The position numbers and the translations under genes were made by a program. From an uncultured Actinomycetota bacterium (lineage in GTDB: Bacteria > Actinomycetota > Actinomycetes > JAHEKZ01): a stretch of 64,000 nucleotides of DNA. Shown here piece by piece: positions 52,626-63,781 of this stretch; position 1 is the first letter of the stretch; each line of letters opens with the position of its first letter. The notes beneath the pieces are model-generated. The model had not been told where the DNA came from, searched no databases, and saw only the letters and a program-made list of their open reading frames with translations. The stretch covers positions 192,001-256,000 of the forward strand of contig CAWHIJ010000003.1 of the NCBI GenBank assembly GCA_963829525.1. The letters run 5' to 3'.

Positions 52626-54725
52626 CTAAGGGTTCGCACCGCCGCCACCGCCACCACCAGAGGGGCTCGGCGTCGCTGATGTCGGCGTCGGTGTCGGCGT
52701 AGGGGTGGTCTTCGTCGGCTTTGGCGTCGCTGACGATGGCGTCGGTGATGGCGTCGGTGATGGCGACGCGGTGGTGGGCGAGGGCGTTGGTGATGGCGAC
52801 GCGGTAGTGGCCGACGGCGTCGGGTTCGTCGATGGGATCGGGCGCCCTGGGAAAGCCATAACTTCCTCACCGACAAGGGCTGCGGACATGTAGGCGGTCC
52901 ATATCGACGTCGGGTAGCCGGCACCGGTGAAGGGGTACATACCTGCGACACCGGTCAAGGAGGCGGTGGGGTCGCCGGGAAGCTCACGGTGGAATGCGAC
53001 TGCCGTAACGAGCTGGGGCGTGTATCCGACGAACCAGGCTGTTTCCCCCTCGTTGTTCCCGGTCTTCCCGGCGGCAGGACGTCCGAGGTTTGCTGCCGTG
53101 GCACCGGTGCCGCTCGCTACAACCTGAGTCAGGTCATACGTCACCTCGTTGGCGATGTCGGCCGGGAAGCCACGTTCCTCCTGTGTCTCGGCCTCGTACA
53201 AGACGTTGCCGTCCGCATCGGTGACCTGCTGGACGGAGTGGGCTTCAGTACGAACGCCCTCGTTGGCAAAGGTTCCGTAGGCGCTGGCCATGGCAAGCGG
53301 TGAGTACTGGGCCTGGCCGAGGGTGACACGGGGATCATCAGCATTGAGGTTCGTCACGTCAAGTCCCGCCTTTCCGGCAGCCTTGGCGACTTCTTCGGGT
53401 CCCATCTGCTGGGTGAGATCGACAAATGCGGTGTTGACCGACTGCTCGGTGGCGTATTCCAGTGAGATGACCGACCCGTAGCTGGCATCACCCTGGTTGC
53501 TGACGGGCTTGGGGTCACCCTCGAGGTAGAAGGGTGAGTTGCCGTTGAAGGTGCTGGCCAGGGTGTAGCCGTTCTGCAGCGCCGCAGCGACGGTGAATGC
53601 CTTCATCGTCGATCCCACCGGAGTGGGCGCGATGGCGTTGTTGAACTGACTTTTCTCCCAGTTCCTGCCTCCGTACATGGCAACGATGGCGCCAGAACGC
53701 GGGTCCACCGAGATCAAGCCCAGCTTCACGCCAACGTTAGGGGGTGTCGGGAACCCTTCGGTCGCTGCCGACTGCGCCGCGTCCTGTGCCTTCTTGTCAA
53801 AGGTCGTGGTCACCCGCAGGCCGCCGCCGTCGATCTCGTCCTTGCTGAATCCGAGGCCCTTCAGCTCGTCGCGGACCATCTCGAGGATGTAACCGGTTTG
53901 ACCTTCGTAGTTGTTCAGCGACTGGGGGTCCACGATCTTTGGCAGGCGCTTGATCTTGGCCGCGTCGGCCGCGTCGAGCCATCCCTGCTCAACCATGCCG
54001 GGGATGACGTAGTCGAGGGTGCGGCTCTTGAGCGCCTGCTTGGCGTCCCTGCCCTCCGCAGGGTCGTAGTTGCTAGGTGCGCGGATGACAGAAGCAAGAA
54101 CTGCCCCCTCAGCCTCACTCAGGTCGGCGACGTCCTTGCCGAAGTACGCCTGGCTCGCGGCCTGGATGCCATACGCTCCACGACCGAAGTAGATGGTGTT
54201 CAGATAGTCCTCGAGAACCTGTTCCTTCGACTGACTGCGCGAGAGCTTGATGGCGAGGATCGCTTCCTTGACCTTGCGGGTCAACGTGCGCTCCTGGGTC
54301 AGGTACGCGTTCCTGGCGTACTGCTGAGTGATGGTCGAGGCGCCCTGCGTGTCACCGCCACGGATGTTGTTCCACAGCGCGCGAGCGATGCCGACCGGCG
54401 AGATGCCCTCGTTCTCGTAGAAGCCGCGGTCCTCTGCCGCCAGGACGGCCAGCTCGACGTGATCGGGAATCTCGTCGAGTGTCACGATCTCGCGGTTCAC
54501 GTCGGCGTAACGGCCGATCACCGCGTCGCTGTCGTCGTAGTAGACAACCGAAGTCTCTGCTGTGGCCAGATCGTTGGGCTGCGGGACGTCGACCAGCAGA
54601 TAGAGCGCGACAAAGGCGGCCCCAAGTGCGACCACGCCAAGGGCAGCAAGCCCGAACACCTGGCGCCAGGACGGCACAAAGCGACGCCAGTCCGATCGAG
54701 CACGGCGCGGGTAGTCGATGCGCAC
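52626..54725 (-). CDS. ponA: Class A penicillin-binding protein (transglycosylase/transpeptidase)
   Basis: AAEDRGF, GASTITQQY, YLNTIYFGRG; STMK, SVN, KTG; Pro/Thr-rich tail. Confidence 0.93.
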   Translation of the reverse strand: MRIDYPRRARSDWRRFVPSWRQVFGLAALGVVALGAAFVALYLLVDVPQPNDLATAETSVVYYDDSDAVIGRYADVNREIVTLDEIPDHVELAVLAAEDRGFYENEGISPVGIARALWNNIRGGDTQGASTITQQYARNAYLTQERTLTRKVKEAILAIKLSRSQSKEQVLEDYLNTIYFGRGAYGIQAASQAYFGKDVADLSEAEGAVLASVIRAPSNYDPAEGRDAKQALKSRTLDYVIPGMVEQGWLDAADAAKIKRLPKIVDPQSLNNYEGQTGYILEMVRDELKGLGFSKDEIDGGGLRVTTTFDKKAQDAAQSAATEGFPTPPNVGVKLGLISVDPRSGAIVAMYGGRNWEKSQFNNAIAPTPVGSTMKAFTVAAALQNGYTLASTFNGNSPFYLEGDPKPVSNQGDASYGSVISLEYATEQSVNTAFVDLTQQMGPEEVAKAAGKAGLDVTNLNADDPRVTLGQAQYSPLAMASAYGTFANEGVRTEAHSVQQVTDADGNVLYEAETQEERGFPADIANEVTYDLTQVVASGTGATAANLGRPAAGKTGNNEGETAWFVGYTPQLVTAVAFHRELPGDPTASLTGVAGMYPFTGAGYPTSIWTAYMSAALVGEEVMAFPGRPIPSTNPTPSATTASPSPTPSPTTASPSPTPSPTPSSATPKPTKTTPTPTPTPTSATPSPSGGGGGGGANP

Positions 54726-54842
54726 GCTGACCTCTCGGTGAGTCTTCGGTGGATGCGAACGCGCCGAGCGTGTCGAGGTTCGTCCCCAGTCTGACGGAGG
54801 CGACGCCGCCTCCGTTCCCCGCCCCGCCGAAGCGGAGGTCGC

Positions 54843-55277
54843 TCACAGCACGGGATCGCCCCGGTGGGCACGCAACGGCGGTCGTGGCTTCCCGTCCCCC
54901 AGCATGAAGGTCGTGGTCAGGTAGTTCCACGAGCACCGCCGACAAACTTCTACGACGTACACGCGGAACTCACCGAACTCGCGCGCCATCACTTCCAGCT
55001 CACGGGGGGCGCGGATCCGACCCTGGTAAGGGCCTAACTCGTCCCCGAAGACATAGCTGAGCTCGGTCAGTTCGTCGCCACGACAGACAGGACACGGTCG
55101 GTCAGCCGGAACGCCGTGATTCTCGGCCGCCCGAAGCAGGTAAGGATCGGCATCACACAGATCGGCAGTGAACGCTTGGCCTCGGCGCAGGTCAGCAAGT
55201 GCAGCACGCCGCTGCAGCGCGTAGTCGATCACTGCTCGCTGCGACCAGACAGCCCCTTGGCCGGCCCCCCTAGACAT
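54843..55277 (-). CDS. DUF5318 family protein
   Basis: WSQRAVIDYALQRRA, CDADPYLLRAA, CPVC, YVVEVCRRCSWN. Confidence 0.85.
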   Translation of the reverse strand: MSRGAGQGAVWSQRAVIDYALQRRAALADLRRGQAFTADLCDADPYLLRAAENHGVPADRPCPVCRGDELTELSYVFGDELGPYQGRIRAPRELEVMAREFGEFRVYVVEVCRRCSWNYLTTTFMLGDGKPRPPLRAHRGDPVL

Positions 55278-55375
55278 CCCCCGAGGGTACGTCTGCCAGG
55301 ACAACTACGCCCGTGAACGGCGAGTGGATTTGCGCTGGCCGGTGGGCGACGTGTAGCGTCACGACGCATCGCCTC

Positions 55376-55396
55376 GATGTATCGGCGCGATACATC
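55376..55396. promoter_or_regulatory. Putative PadR operator for padR-ino1
   Basis: Perfect palindrome GATGTATCG-GCG-CGATACATC. Confidence 0.7.
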
Positions 55397-55423
55397 AGCC
55401 TTACGGAAAACGCTGGGAGACTC

Positions 55424-56023
55424 ATGGCCAAGCGCAGTGGCGTCCTCGAGCTCGCCGTGCTCGGACTCCTCCATGAGTCCCCGATGCACGGCTACGAGCT
55501 GCGTAAGCGCCTCTCCAGCCAGCTCGGAGCCTTCCGCGCACTCTCCTACGGCTCGCTCTACCCCTGCCTCAAGGACCTCGTACGCCAGGGCCTGATCACC
55601 GAGTCTGCCGATCCGGGCGAAGGCGGTACCCGCCGCTCGAAGATCGTCTACCAGCTCACCGCTGACGGCAAGGAGCACTTCCAGCAGCTGCTCGCCGAGT
55701 CCGGCCCAGCTGCGTGGGATGACGAGACCTTCGGCGTTCGCTTCGCCTTCTTCGGCCGCACTGACGCCGACACCCGGATGCGCATACTCGTCGGACGGCG
55801 AGGTCGGCTTGAGGAGCGCCTCGACAACCTCAAGGGCTCATTCGCTCGCACCCGCGAGCGACTCGACGACTACACCACCGCGCTTCAGAACCATGGCCTC
55901 GACTCCGTCGAGCGCGAGGTTCGCTGGCTCAATGAGCTGATCGATGACGAGCGCAACCGCAAGCAGACCGGCACAACATCAGGCTCTGGGGCTCTAGGCC
56001 TCGGGGACACGACAAAGGAGTAA
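55424..56023 (+). CDS. PadR family regulator (Rv0047c/InoR-like)
   Basis: [32 protein letters not shown]; precedes ino1. Confidence 0.9.
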   Translation: MAKRSGVLELAVLGLLHESPMHGYELRKRLSSQLGAFRALSYGSLYPCLKDLVRQGLITESADPGEGGTRRSKIVYQLTADGKEHFQQLLAESGPAAWDDETFGVRFAFFGRTDADTRMRILVGRRGRLEERLDNLKGSFARTRERLDDYTTALQNHGLDSVEREVRWLNELIDDERNRKQTGTTSGSGALGLGDTTKE

Positions 56024-56025
56024 CC

Positions 56026-57099
56026 ATGGGTTCGGTACGCGTAGCCATCGCGGGCGTCGGCAACTGCGCCGCATCGCTCGTGCAAGGCGTCGAGTACTAC
56101 AAGGACGCCGATCCCGCCGCGCGCGTCCCCGGCTTGATGCACGTCCAGCTCGGCGACTACCACGTCAGCGACGTTGAGTTCGTGGCCAGCTTCGACGTCG
56201 ACGCGAAGAAGGTGGGCCAAGATCTCTCGCATGCCATTCTGGCCAGCGAGAACAACACCATCAAGATCTGCGAAGTGCCGCCAACCGGCATCACGGTTCA
56301 GCGTGGTCCGACCCTCGATGGCCTCGGCAAGTACTACCTCGAGACCATCACCGAGTCGGACGAGGAGCCTGTCGACGTCGCCCAGGCGCTGCGCGACGCA
56401 AGGGTTGACGTTCTCGTCTGCTACCTGCCTGTCGGCTCAGAAGCGGCTGCGCGGTACTACGCGCAAGCGGCGATCGATGCCGGTGTTGCCTTCGTCAACG
56501 CACTTCCGGTCTTTATTGCTGGCACGAAGGAATGGGCTGACAAGTTCACCGCCGCGGGCGTACCGATCGTTGGCGACGACATCAAGTCGCAGGTCGGCGC
56601 CACCATCACCCACCGTGTGCTTGCCAAGCTCTTCGAGGACCGTGGAGTCATCGTCGACCGAACCATGCAGCTCAACGTGGGCGGCAACATGGACTTCAAG
56701 AACATGCTCGAGCGCGAGCGCCTCGAGTCGAAGAAGATCTCCAAGACCCAGGCTGTTACCTCGCAGCTCAAGCATGATCTCGGCAAGGACAACGTCCACA
56801 TCGGTCCGTCCGACTACGTTGCCTGGCTCGATGACCGTAAATGGGCGTTCGTCCGTCTTGAGGGTCGCGCCTTCGGTGACGTTCCGCTGAGCCTGGAGTA
56901 CAAGCTGGAGGTCTGGGACTCCCCGAACTCAGCTGGCGTGATCATCGACGCTGTCCGCTGTGCCAAGATCGCCCTGGATCGCGGGATCGGTGGTCCCATT
57001 CTTTCGGCCAGCAGCTACTTCATGAAGTCGCCGCCGGTTCAGTACTACGACGACGAAGCCCGCGATGCCGTCGAGGCATTCATCGCCGGTACTGACTGA
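56026..57099 (+). CDS. ino1: Inositol-3-phosphate synthase
   Basis: [34 protein letters not shown]. Confidence 0.96.
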   Translation: MGSVRVAIAGVGNCAASLVQGVEYYKDADPAARVPGLMHVQLGDYHVSDVEFVASFDVDAKKVGQDLSHAILASENNTIKICEVPPTGITVQRGPTLDGLGKYYLETITESDEEPVDVAQALRDARVDVLVCYLPVGSEAAARYYAQAAIDAGVAFVNALPVFIAGTKEWADKFTAAGVPIVGDDIKSQVGATITHRVLAKLFEDRGVIVDRTMQLNVGGNMDFKNMLERERLESKKISKTQAVTSQLKHDLGKDNVHIGPSDYVAWLDDRKWAFVRLEGRAFGDVPLSLEYKLEVWDSPNSAGVIIDAVRCAKIALDRGIGGPILSASSYFMKSPPVQYYDDEARDAVEAFIAGTD

Positions 57100-57116
57100 C
57101 CACGAACGCGTGATTG

Positions 57117-57142
57117 GGCCCCAGGAGTGTTCTCCTGGGGCC
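57117..57142 (+). terminator. Hairpin terminator after ino1
   Basis: GGCCCCAGGAG-TGTT-CTCCTGGGGCC, 11-bp stem. Confidence 0.75.
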
Positions 57143-57255
57143 TAATCGTTTGTCCTGCTCTCGCTACTTGATGGTCTTCTCAATCGATGTGGCACGACGT
57201 CGAGCGGGGTGCAACCGATGACCGGCGTCCGTCGAGGGAGCCTAGGCTCGTGTTG

Positions 57256-58539
57256 ATGGTCACTCCGAACGTGCGAGCCCTCCGCGGGCTCGCCGACTTC
57301 CGCGCGCTGCTCCGCGTTCGGCTCGTCGGACAGATCTCCGACGGATTGCTCCAAGCAGGTCTCGTCGGTGTCGTCCTCTTCGCCCCAGAGCGTGCTCCGT
57401 CACCGACGCGGATCGCAGTGGGTTTCGCGGTGCTGCTCCTGCCCTTCTGCCTGGTGGCGCCGTTTGCCGGTGTCCTTCTCGACCGCTGGTCGCGCGTCCG
57501 GGTACTCGCCTGGGCCAACCTCGCGCGAGCTTTGCTGATCATGGTGACGGCGGTCGCCACGGCCGTGTCGGCGCCAGAGAGCGTGATCTTCGGAAGCGCC
57601 CTCGTGGCGATCGGCCTCAACCGTCTCGTCCTGGCTGCACTTGGCGCCTCGCTGCCACGCACCGTGCCCACTGATCTCCTGGTCTCGGCAAATGCCCTCG
57701 CCCCGACGCTCGGCACCGTCGCGACGGTCGGTGGGGCTGGCCTCGGGCTCGTGCTGCGCTGGTCCCTGGACGCGTCAGGGGATGCCGCTCCCTTCGCCGC
57801 CGCTGCCCTCGGCTATCTGTTCGCCGTGCTGGCGACTCGCAGCTTTGCCGCGGATGCCCTCGGACCGGAGCAAGATGGGTCAGGAGCTCGGACTCCCCGT
57901 CCCACCATCCTCGGCAGCGCGTGGGCCGACATATGCTCGGGCACCGCCCAAATCGGGGGGTCCATGCCCGCCAGACGCGCACTCGGGGTGATGGCTGCCA
58001 ACCGGCTGCTGTTCGGTGCCTTCACCGTCTGGACAGTCATCGTGATCCGCTTCCGCCTGGACGGCACGAGCAGCGATGAGGGGAGTGCGCTGGCCGCGCT
58101 TGCCGGAATCGCGGTGGCCGTCGGCCTTGGACTGCTCGGCGCAGCTGTCAGCGCGCCGGCACTCGTCAGACGTCGAGGCCCACGCCGCGCGACTGCCGTC
58201 GCCCTTCTGGTGGCGGCGTTCGGTGCATTCGTCCCCCTTCTGGAGCTGCGGCTCGGCGCCTACCTCGTCTCCTGGGTGCTGATCGGGGCAGGCGCGCAGG
58301 TGCTCAAGATCACCGTTGACACCGTCTTGCAGCGGGCCGTCGTCGACGACGTCCGGGGGCGCGTCTTCATCGCCTACGACATCGTCTTCAACGTCGCGTT
58401 CGTCCTAGGCGCTGCCGTGGTCGCCGTCCTTCCACTCAGCATGCTCGGCGGCGTGGGGGTAGCGGCGGTCGTCGGCGCCAGCTACCTCCTGCTCGGAACC
58501 GCAGCCTGGTGGACACGTCAGCCGAGGTCGGCTCACTGA
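57256..58539 (+). CDS. MFS transporter
   Basis: About 12 TM segments; PFAGVLLDRWSR motif A; RGRVFIAYD. Confidence 0.85.
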   Translation: MVTPNVRALRGLADFRALLRVRLVGQISDGLLQAGLVGVVLFAPERAPSPTRIAVGFAVLLLPFCLVAPFAGVLLDRWSRVRVLAWANLARALLIMVTAVATAVSAPESVIFGSALVAIGLNRLVLAALGASLPRTVPTDLLVSANALAPTLGTVATVGGAGLGLVLRWSLDASGDAAPFAAAALGYLFAVLATRSFAADALGPEQDGSGARTPRPTILGSAWADICSGTAQIGGSMPARRALGVMAANRLLFGAFTVWTVIVIRFRLDGTSSDEGSALAALAGIAVAVGLGLLGAAVSAPALVRRRGPRRATAVALLVAAFGAFVPLLELRLGAYLVSWVLIGAGAQVLKITVDTVLQRAVVDDVRGRVFIAYDIVFNVAFVLGAAVVAVLPLSMLGGVGVAAVVGASYLLLGTAAWWTRQPRSAH

Positions 58540-60020
58540 CGGGCGTCCCACCACGTGCGCAGCACCTCGACGGCCTCGTCTCGATCGAGCGGCCCCCGGT
58601 CGAGGCGCGTCTCGAGCAGATGCTGATAGGCCTCACCGACGGCTCGACCCGGTGGAATCCCCAAGATCTGCATGATCTCGTTTCCATCGAGGTCGGGCCG
58701 AATGGCCGCGAGCTCCTCGGCTTCGGCAAGCGTGGCGATGCGCTCCTCGAGGCTGGTGTAGGCCGCTGCCAGCGACGCCGCCTTCCGACGGTTGCGCGTC
58801 GTGCAGTCAGCGCGGGTGAGTGAGTGCAGCCGGGTCAACAAGGGCCCCGCGTCACGGACGTAACGACGCACGGCCGAATCGGTCCATTCGCCATCGGCAT
58901 ACCCATGGAAGCGGAGGTGCAGCTCGACGAGCAGTGCGACATCCTCGACAAGGTCTTTGGGGTAGCGCAGTGCCTTCATCCGCTTTCGGGTCATGCGTGC
59001 ACCAACCATCTCGTGGTGGTGGAACGACACGCCTCCTCCGGCTTCGAACCTACGCGTGGCCGGCTTACCGATGTCATGCAGCAGGGCTGCGAGACGCAGC
59101 GTCAAGTCCGGTCCGTCCGGCTCCAGGTCAATCGCCTGCTCCACGACCGTTAACGTGTGCTCGTAGACGTCCTTGTGTCGGTGGTGCTCGTCGATTTCCA
59201 GCTGCAGGGCCGGCAGTTCAGGGATGAACTGGTCGGCAAGCTTGGTGTCAACGAGGATGCGCAGCCCGGCGCGTGGATTGTCCGAAAGCACAAGCTTGGA
59301 GAACTCGTCTCGGATTCGCTCGGCCGACACTATTGAGAGCCGCTCAGCCATCCCCACGATCGCTCGCAGCACCGACGCCTCGACCTCGAAGTCGAGCTGC
59401 GCCGCAAAGCGGGCAGCGCGCAGCATCCGCAGGGGGTCGTCGTCGAACGAATCCTCTGGACGTCCGGGAGTGCGCAGCTGTCCTGAAGCCAGGTCGTTGA
59501 CCCCATTGAACGGATCGACGAACCTCAGATCGGGAAGCGTGACGGCCATTGCGTTCACCGTGAAGTCTCGGCGACCGAGATCTCCCTGCAGCGAAGTGCC
59601 GTACTCGACGACCGGCTTGCGTGATTCGACGTCGTACTTCTCGGTGCGATAGGTCGTGATCTCGCAGGTCAGCTGGCCGATCCGGGCACCGATCGTGCCG
59701 AACGCCTTACCGATGTCCCACAGCGCGTCCACGTGCCCGGCCAGGAGGAGCTCGACCTCATCAGGATGTGCCGATGTCGTGAAGTCCAGATCGTTTCCAA
59801 GGCGGCCGAGCAGAGCATCGCGCACTGAGCCTCCGACGAGGCTTATCTCGTGACCCGAATCGGCAAAGTGCTCACCGAAGGCAGTGATGACGGGGGAGAC
59901 CCGGACCAGCTCGGCGATGGCCCGCTCGCGGGCGGCACCATCACGGGAGGGAGACACGGGAGTCCAGCCTAACCGGCGACGATCCTCAGGCTTCTTGCGC
60001 ACCGACATCGAGTCCATCAC
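58533..60020 (-). CDS. cca: CCA tRNA nucleotidyltransferase with HD domain
   Basis: LVGGSVRD, DLDFTT, RRDFTVNAMA, DDPLRMLR, LLHDIGKP; start uncertain. Confidence 0.93.
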   Translation of the reverse strand: MMDSMSVRKKPEDRRRLGWTPVSPSRDGAARERAIAELVRVSPVITAFGEHFADSGHEISLVGGSVRDALLGRLGNDLDFTTSAHPDEVELLLAGHVDALWDIGKAFGTIGARIGQLTCEITTYRTEKYDVESRKPVVEYGTSLQGDLGRRDFTVNAMAVTLPDLRFVDPFNGVNDLASGQLRTPGRPEDSFDDDPLRMLRAARFAAQLDFEVEASVLRAIVGMAERLSIVSAERIRDEFSKLVLSDNPRAGLRILVDTKLADQFIPELPALQLEIDEHHRHKDVYEHTLTVVEQAIDLEPDGPDLTLRLAALLHDIGKPATRRFEAGGGVSFHHHEMVGARMTRKRMKALRYPKDLVEDVALLVELHLRFHGYADGEWTDSAVRRYVRDAGPLLTRLHSLTRADCTTRNRRKAASLAAAYTSLEERIATLAEAEELAAIRPDLDGNEIMQILGIPPGRAVGEAYQHLLETRLDRGPLDRDEAVEVLRTWWDARQ

Positions 60021-60099
60021 CCTCGGGCAGCCGCGAGGTCTTGCGCGTCGGCAAGGTATGAGGGCCTCGGCAGCTGCTCCCGCTGGCTACCATCGCAGC

Positions 60100-62100
60100 A
60101 TGACGTCCACCCGTCGTCGTCCGGCGCAGGGCGTCTGGCGATGGTTCGGCATGCTGCTCGCCGCCTCCGTAGCGGCAGTCTTGCTGACCCCTGGAAGTGG
60201 CGCGTCGGCCTCTCCTCCGGCCACGCAGTTACAACTGACCTCGCTGTCCCCCATCTCGGCGCAACCTGGAACCACGCTGCGTGCCAAGGGCACGTTTGTC
60301 TCGAATCGAAACCTCGACGACGTGGTGGTCCGCCTGGAGGTCGGCACCACGGCATTCGTCTCACGCAGCGCCATCACCGAGGCAGCAGCGGACCCGCCCC
60401 TCACGACGCCGATCAGCGGTGCTGAGGACGACCTACAGAAGGTGCGACGCGACGATTTGGAGTCATTCTCGATCGCCGTACCGGCCGACGACCTCCCCTT
60501 CTACAGCTCCGGGGTCTTTCCGCTCCGCATTGTCGCCGTAGACGGCAGAACAGGACTGGAGCTCTCTGCGACGTCGACGTTCCTGCCTTGGGCACCGGAC
60601 GGTGTGGGTGTCTCACCGAGCCGACTGCTGATGTTCTGGCCGCTTGTCGGGATACCCGCTCGAGACTCCACGGGTGAGATCGTCAACGACTCGGTTGGAT
60701 CGATGGTCGCTCCAAACGGACGCCTCTCGACCTTGGTACGTTCGGGCGAAAACGCCCCGGCAACCTGGGTTGTCGACCCGGCACTGCTCGATGACGCCGC
60801 TGCCCTCAACCAGCCTGGCGCCGATCAATGGTTGTCCGCGTTCACCTCGGCCGCGTCGACGCGGGACGTTGTTGCACTCCCGTACGGCGACCCAGATGTG
60901 GCCACAGTCGCCACGGCAGGACGCCCAGGATTTCTCCGGCGGGGCCAGTTCAAAGGCGCCCGCGTCTATGAACGACTAACCGGTGCCACCGCCCGCTCGG
61001 ATCTGTCGTGGCCAGCCGACGGGGCTGGTGATGAGCAGGTCATCGCGACCTCCGGGCGCGCTGGCGACTCCCTCGTGCTGCTCGCCGAGGAGAACGCCCC
61101 GCTGGTCAGTCCGCTCCTCTACACACCTTCGGGGCGAATCGCTTGGGAGAACCCGCAGGTGGACGTCCTTCTCGCTGACGCGCCGGCAAGCGCATTGGTC
61201 GCCAGCCCCGCCGATTCCGTCACCGACGTACTTCTCGCTCGCCAGCGCTTCCTCGCCGAAACCCTTCTGCATGCTCTTGAGCTGCCGTCAGAACCTCGCC
61301 TACTCGTCATCGCCCCGCCCCGCCGGTGGGATCCGTCCGAGCAGTGGGCCGATGAACTGGTCACTGCCATCAGGCGAGCGCCGTGGCTCAACCCGGTCTC
61401 ACTGGACGAGGCGGTTAAGCCCAGTGCCCCCACCGTCTCGCGGGTCGCGCCGTCCATACCGCTGGCTTCGACTGAGCGTCAGCTGCCAGCCACAATGGTG
61501 CTGGCCGCTGACCGTGCGCTCACCGAGAACCGCCGGCTGAGCGCGATCCTCACCAGGCCGGGACAGCTGTCGAAACCGATCGAGAACTCGCTGTTCACAT
61601 CTGTGAGTACCGCATGGCGCGCGGACCCGCTGGCTGCCGTGGCATCACAAGGGGCAACCCTCGATCGCCTCTCGTCTCTGCGAGGGAGAGTGCGCATCGT
61701 CTCTCAGGGTGGAACGCTCGGCGACGACAGCGGCTCCTTCCCGGTCACGCTTCGCAACCAGCTCGACCAGGCAGTGGTCGTCCGGCTCGGAGTCACGTCA
61801 ACAGACCCGCTTCGGCTCCGCGTCGAGGGGCCCGACGAGCGCTTCAAGATCGCACCAGGCCGCTCGGTCAGCGCCGAGGTTGCGCTCGACGCTGCGACGA
61901 GCGGCCGACTCTCCTTCGACGCGCAGCTCCTGACACCCAAGGGTGTCGCCTACGACGACCCAGTGGCTGTGACGGTAGATGTCAGGGGATTTGGGCAGAT
62001 CACCTTCGTGGTGTTCGGGGCTGCGGTAGCCCTCCTCATGATGGCGGCCGGTATTCGGATCTTCCGACGTGTTCGAACGGCACGACGGGTCAGCACATGA
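60100..62100 (+). CDS. DUF6049 family secreted/membrane protein (Rv3909-like)
   Basis: Signal peptide, WVVDPALL, LPYGDPD, APPRRWDP, C-terminal TM; precedes murJ. Confidence 0.8.
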   Translation: MTSTRRRPAQGVWRWFGMLLAASVAAVLLTPGSGASASPPATQLQLTSLSPISAQPGTTLRAKGTFVSNRNLDDVVVRLEVGTTAFVSRSAITEAAADPPLTTPISGAEDDLQKVRRDDLESFSIAVPADDLPFYSSGVFPLRIVAVDGRTGLELSATSTFLPWAPDGVGVSPSRLLMFWPLVGIPARDSTGEIVNDSVGSMVAPNGRLSTLVRSGENAPATWVVDPALLDDAAALNQPGADQWLSAFTSAASTRDVVALPYGDPDVATVATAGRPGFLRRGQFKGARVYERLTGATARSDLSWPADGAGDEQVIATSGRAGDSLVLLAEENAPLVSPLLYTPSGRIAWENPQVDVLLADAPASALVASPADSVTDVLLARQRFLAETLLHALELPSEPRLLVIAPPRRWDPSEQWADELVTAIRRAPWLNPVSLDEAVKPSAPTVSRVAPSIPLASTERQLPATMVLAADRALTENRRLSAILTRPGQLSKPIENSLFTSVSTAWRADPLAAVASQGATLDRLSSLRGRVRIVSQGGTLGDDSGSFPVTLRNQLDQAVVVRLGVTSTDPLRLRVEGPDERFKIAPGRSVSAEVALDAATSGRLSFDAQLLTPKGVAYDDPVAVTVDVRGFGQITFVVFGAAVALLMMAAGIRIFRRVRTARRVST

Positions 62101-63722
62101 CAAACGTGCCGTCGGACAACCGTTCAGCGCTGCGTTCCAGCTCGGTGATGGCCGTAGGCACCATGACTTCACGCGTCACTGGTGTGCTCAAGAACAGCGC
62201 GCTCCTCGCCGCAGTGGGAGGGGGCATCTTCGCCGACACCTACTCAGTCGCGAACACTCTCCCGACCATTGTCTACTTCCTTCTCGTTGGTGGGGCCATC
62301 AACGCTGTCTTCATCCCTCAGCTCGTTCGTCACATGGCGGCAGACAATGACGACGGTCTGGCGTACGCCCAACGCCTGTTCAGCGCCGTCGTCCTCGCCC
62401 TAGCCCTGATCACGGTGACTGCGATCATCGCAGCACCGTGGCTGGTGCAGCTCTACTCGACCGACTGGAGCCGAAACGACCTCGAGGTTTCCACGGCATT
62501 CGCCCGGCTGCTGATGCCACAGATCTTCTTCTACGGGGTCTTTGCCCTCGTCACGCAGATCCTCAACACCCGGGGTCGATTTGGACCACCGATGTTCGCA
62601 CCGGTCCTCAACAACATCGTCATCATCGCCAGTGCTCTGGCCTTCCTGGCAGTGGCCGGAACGGGCTCGACCACAGAGACTGTGACAAGCGGCGAGATCC
62701 TGCTTCTCGGCCTCGGTACCACCCTCGGCGCGGCCTTGCAGGTCATGGTTCTCTGGCCGTGGTTACGCCGATGCAGCGTTCGCCTTCGGCTACGTACAGA
62801 CCTACGAGGCCAGGGGCTGGGGGCTGCGTGGGCGCTGGCTCGTTGGGCAATCCTGCTTGTACTCGTCAACCAGATCGGCACTCTGGTCATCATCCGGCTG
62901 GCAACAGGGATCAACGTCACGTCCGACAGTGATGCCGGTATCACCGTTTACCAGATGGCGTTCGCCATATTCATGATGCCGCAGTCAGTGATCACCGTGT
63001 CCTTGGTGACTGCGGTGTTACCGCAGCTGGCTCACGAGGCGGCGTCTGGGCACCTCGACATCTTGCGTGAGCGCATCGGCTGGACGCTACGCACCTCGGG
63101 GGCCTTGATCGTTCCTGCCTCCGTCGCCTTCCTCGTCCTTGGCATTCCGATCTCTGTGCTGCTCTTCCGCTATGGCTCGATGGACCTCGAGTCGGCGCGC
63201 CTCCTGGGTCTGACCCTGAGCGCCTTTGCGATCGGACTTCCCGCTTTCAGCGCCTACTTCATCCTGATGCGGGCGTTCTACGCTCTCGAGGACACCCGAA
63301 CACCGACCTTCAACGCAATGGTGCTGAACGGAGCCAACGTCATCCTCGCCGTGGCCGCGGTCGAGTGGGTACCAGCCGACTTGGCGATACCCGCCCTGGG
63401 ACTTGCGTACTCCGCGTCCTACTGGATCGGACTCGTCTCGTTGGCTCGACAGCTTCGCAGTCGTCTCGGGCGTCTGGATGGTTACGTGGTGGTGCGCACC
63501 TATGTGCGCGTCACCTTGGCCGCCATCATTGCTGCTGTCGGCATGGGGTTCGGCGCCTTGGTGGCTGGGGCAGCCGTTGGGCGGGCCACCGACCTCACCA
63601 GCAGCTTGGTGATCGTCGCCGCAAGCCTGACACTGGGAGCCGCCGGCTACCTGCTAGGGGTCAGGGTCTTTCGGATCACAGAGGTCAGCGAAGTCCTGCG
63701 CTTGGTTTCCAGCCGCCGCTGA
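62097..63722 (+). CDS. murJ: Lipid II flippase MurJ (MviN), no pseudokinase extension
   Basis: MAVGTMTSRVTG, ANTLP, PQIFFYG, RAFYALEDTRTP. Confidence 0.93.
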   Translation: MTNVPSDNRSALRSSSVMAVGTMTSRVTGVLKNSALLAAVGGGIFADTYSVANTLPTIVYFLLVGGAINAVFIPQLVRHMAADNDDGLAYAQRLFSAVVLALALITVTAIIAAPWLVQLYSTDWSRNDLEVSTAFARLLMPQIFFYGVFALVTQILNTRGRFGPPMFAPVLNNIVIIASALAFLAVAGTGSTTETVTSGEILLLGLGTTLGAALQVMVLWPWLRRCSVRLRLRTDLRGQGLGAAWALARWAILLVLVNQIGTLVIIRLATGINVTSDSDAGITVYQMAFAIFMMPQSVITVSLVTAVLPQLAHEAASGHLDILRERIGWTLRTSGALIVPASVAFLVLGIPISVLLFRYGSMDLESARLLGLTLSAFAIGLPAFSAYFILMRAFYALEDTRTPTFNAMVLNGANVILAVAAVEWVPADLAIPALGLAYSASYWIGLVSLARQLRSRLGRLDGYVVVRTYVRVTLAAIIAAVGMGFGALVAGAAVGRATDLTSSLVIVAASLTLGAAGYLLGVRVFRITEVSEVLRLVSSRR

Positions 63723-63745
63723 GCCCAAACCCCCCGATCGGACTG

Positions 63746-63774
63746 CTCAAGACGGGCTAGTCAGGTGTCGACAC
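63746..63774 (+). promoter_or_regulatory. Putative sigma-28 (WhiG/FliA)-like promoter
   Basis: TCAA-N16-GTCGACAC ending 7 nt before ATG 63782. Confidence 0.35.
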
Positions 63775-63781
63775 TTCTGCA

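Noticed and set aside
52630-52830. Repeat element at the ponA 3' end
   Set aside because: Ordinary Pro/Thr/Ser-rich PBP tail with imperfect codon repeats
54726-54846. N-terminal extension of ponA from a GTG overlapping the DUF5318 stop
   Set aside because: It is out of frame by one base, and GTG 54725 has its own GAGAGG RBS; cannot be decided without reads
59884-62096. Long ORF-track starts for DUF6049 and murJ (also rpsF, xth, dnaB, PIG-L, EamA)
   Set aside because: The extensions overlap neighbours or lack homology; downstream starts have RBS or -10 support
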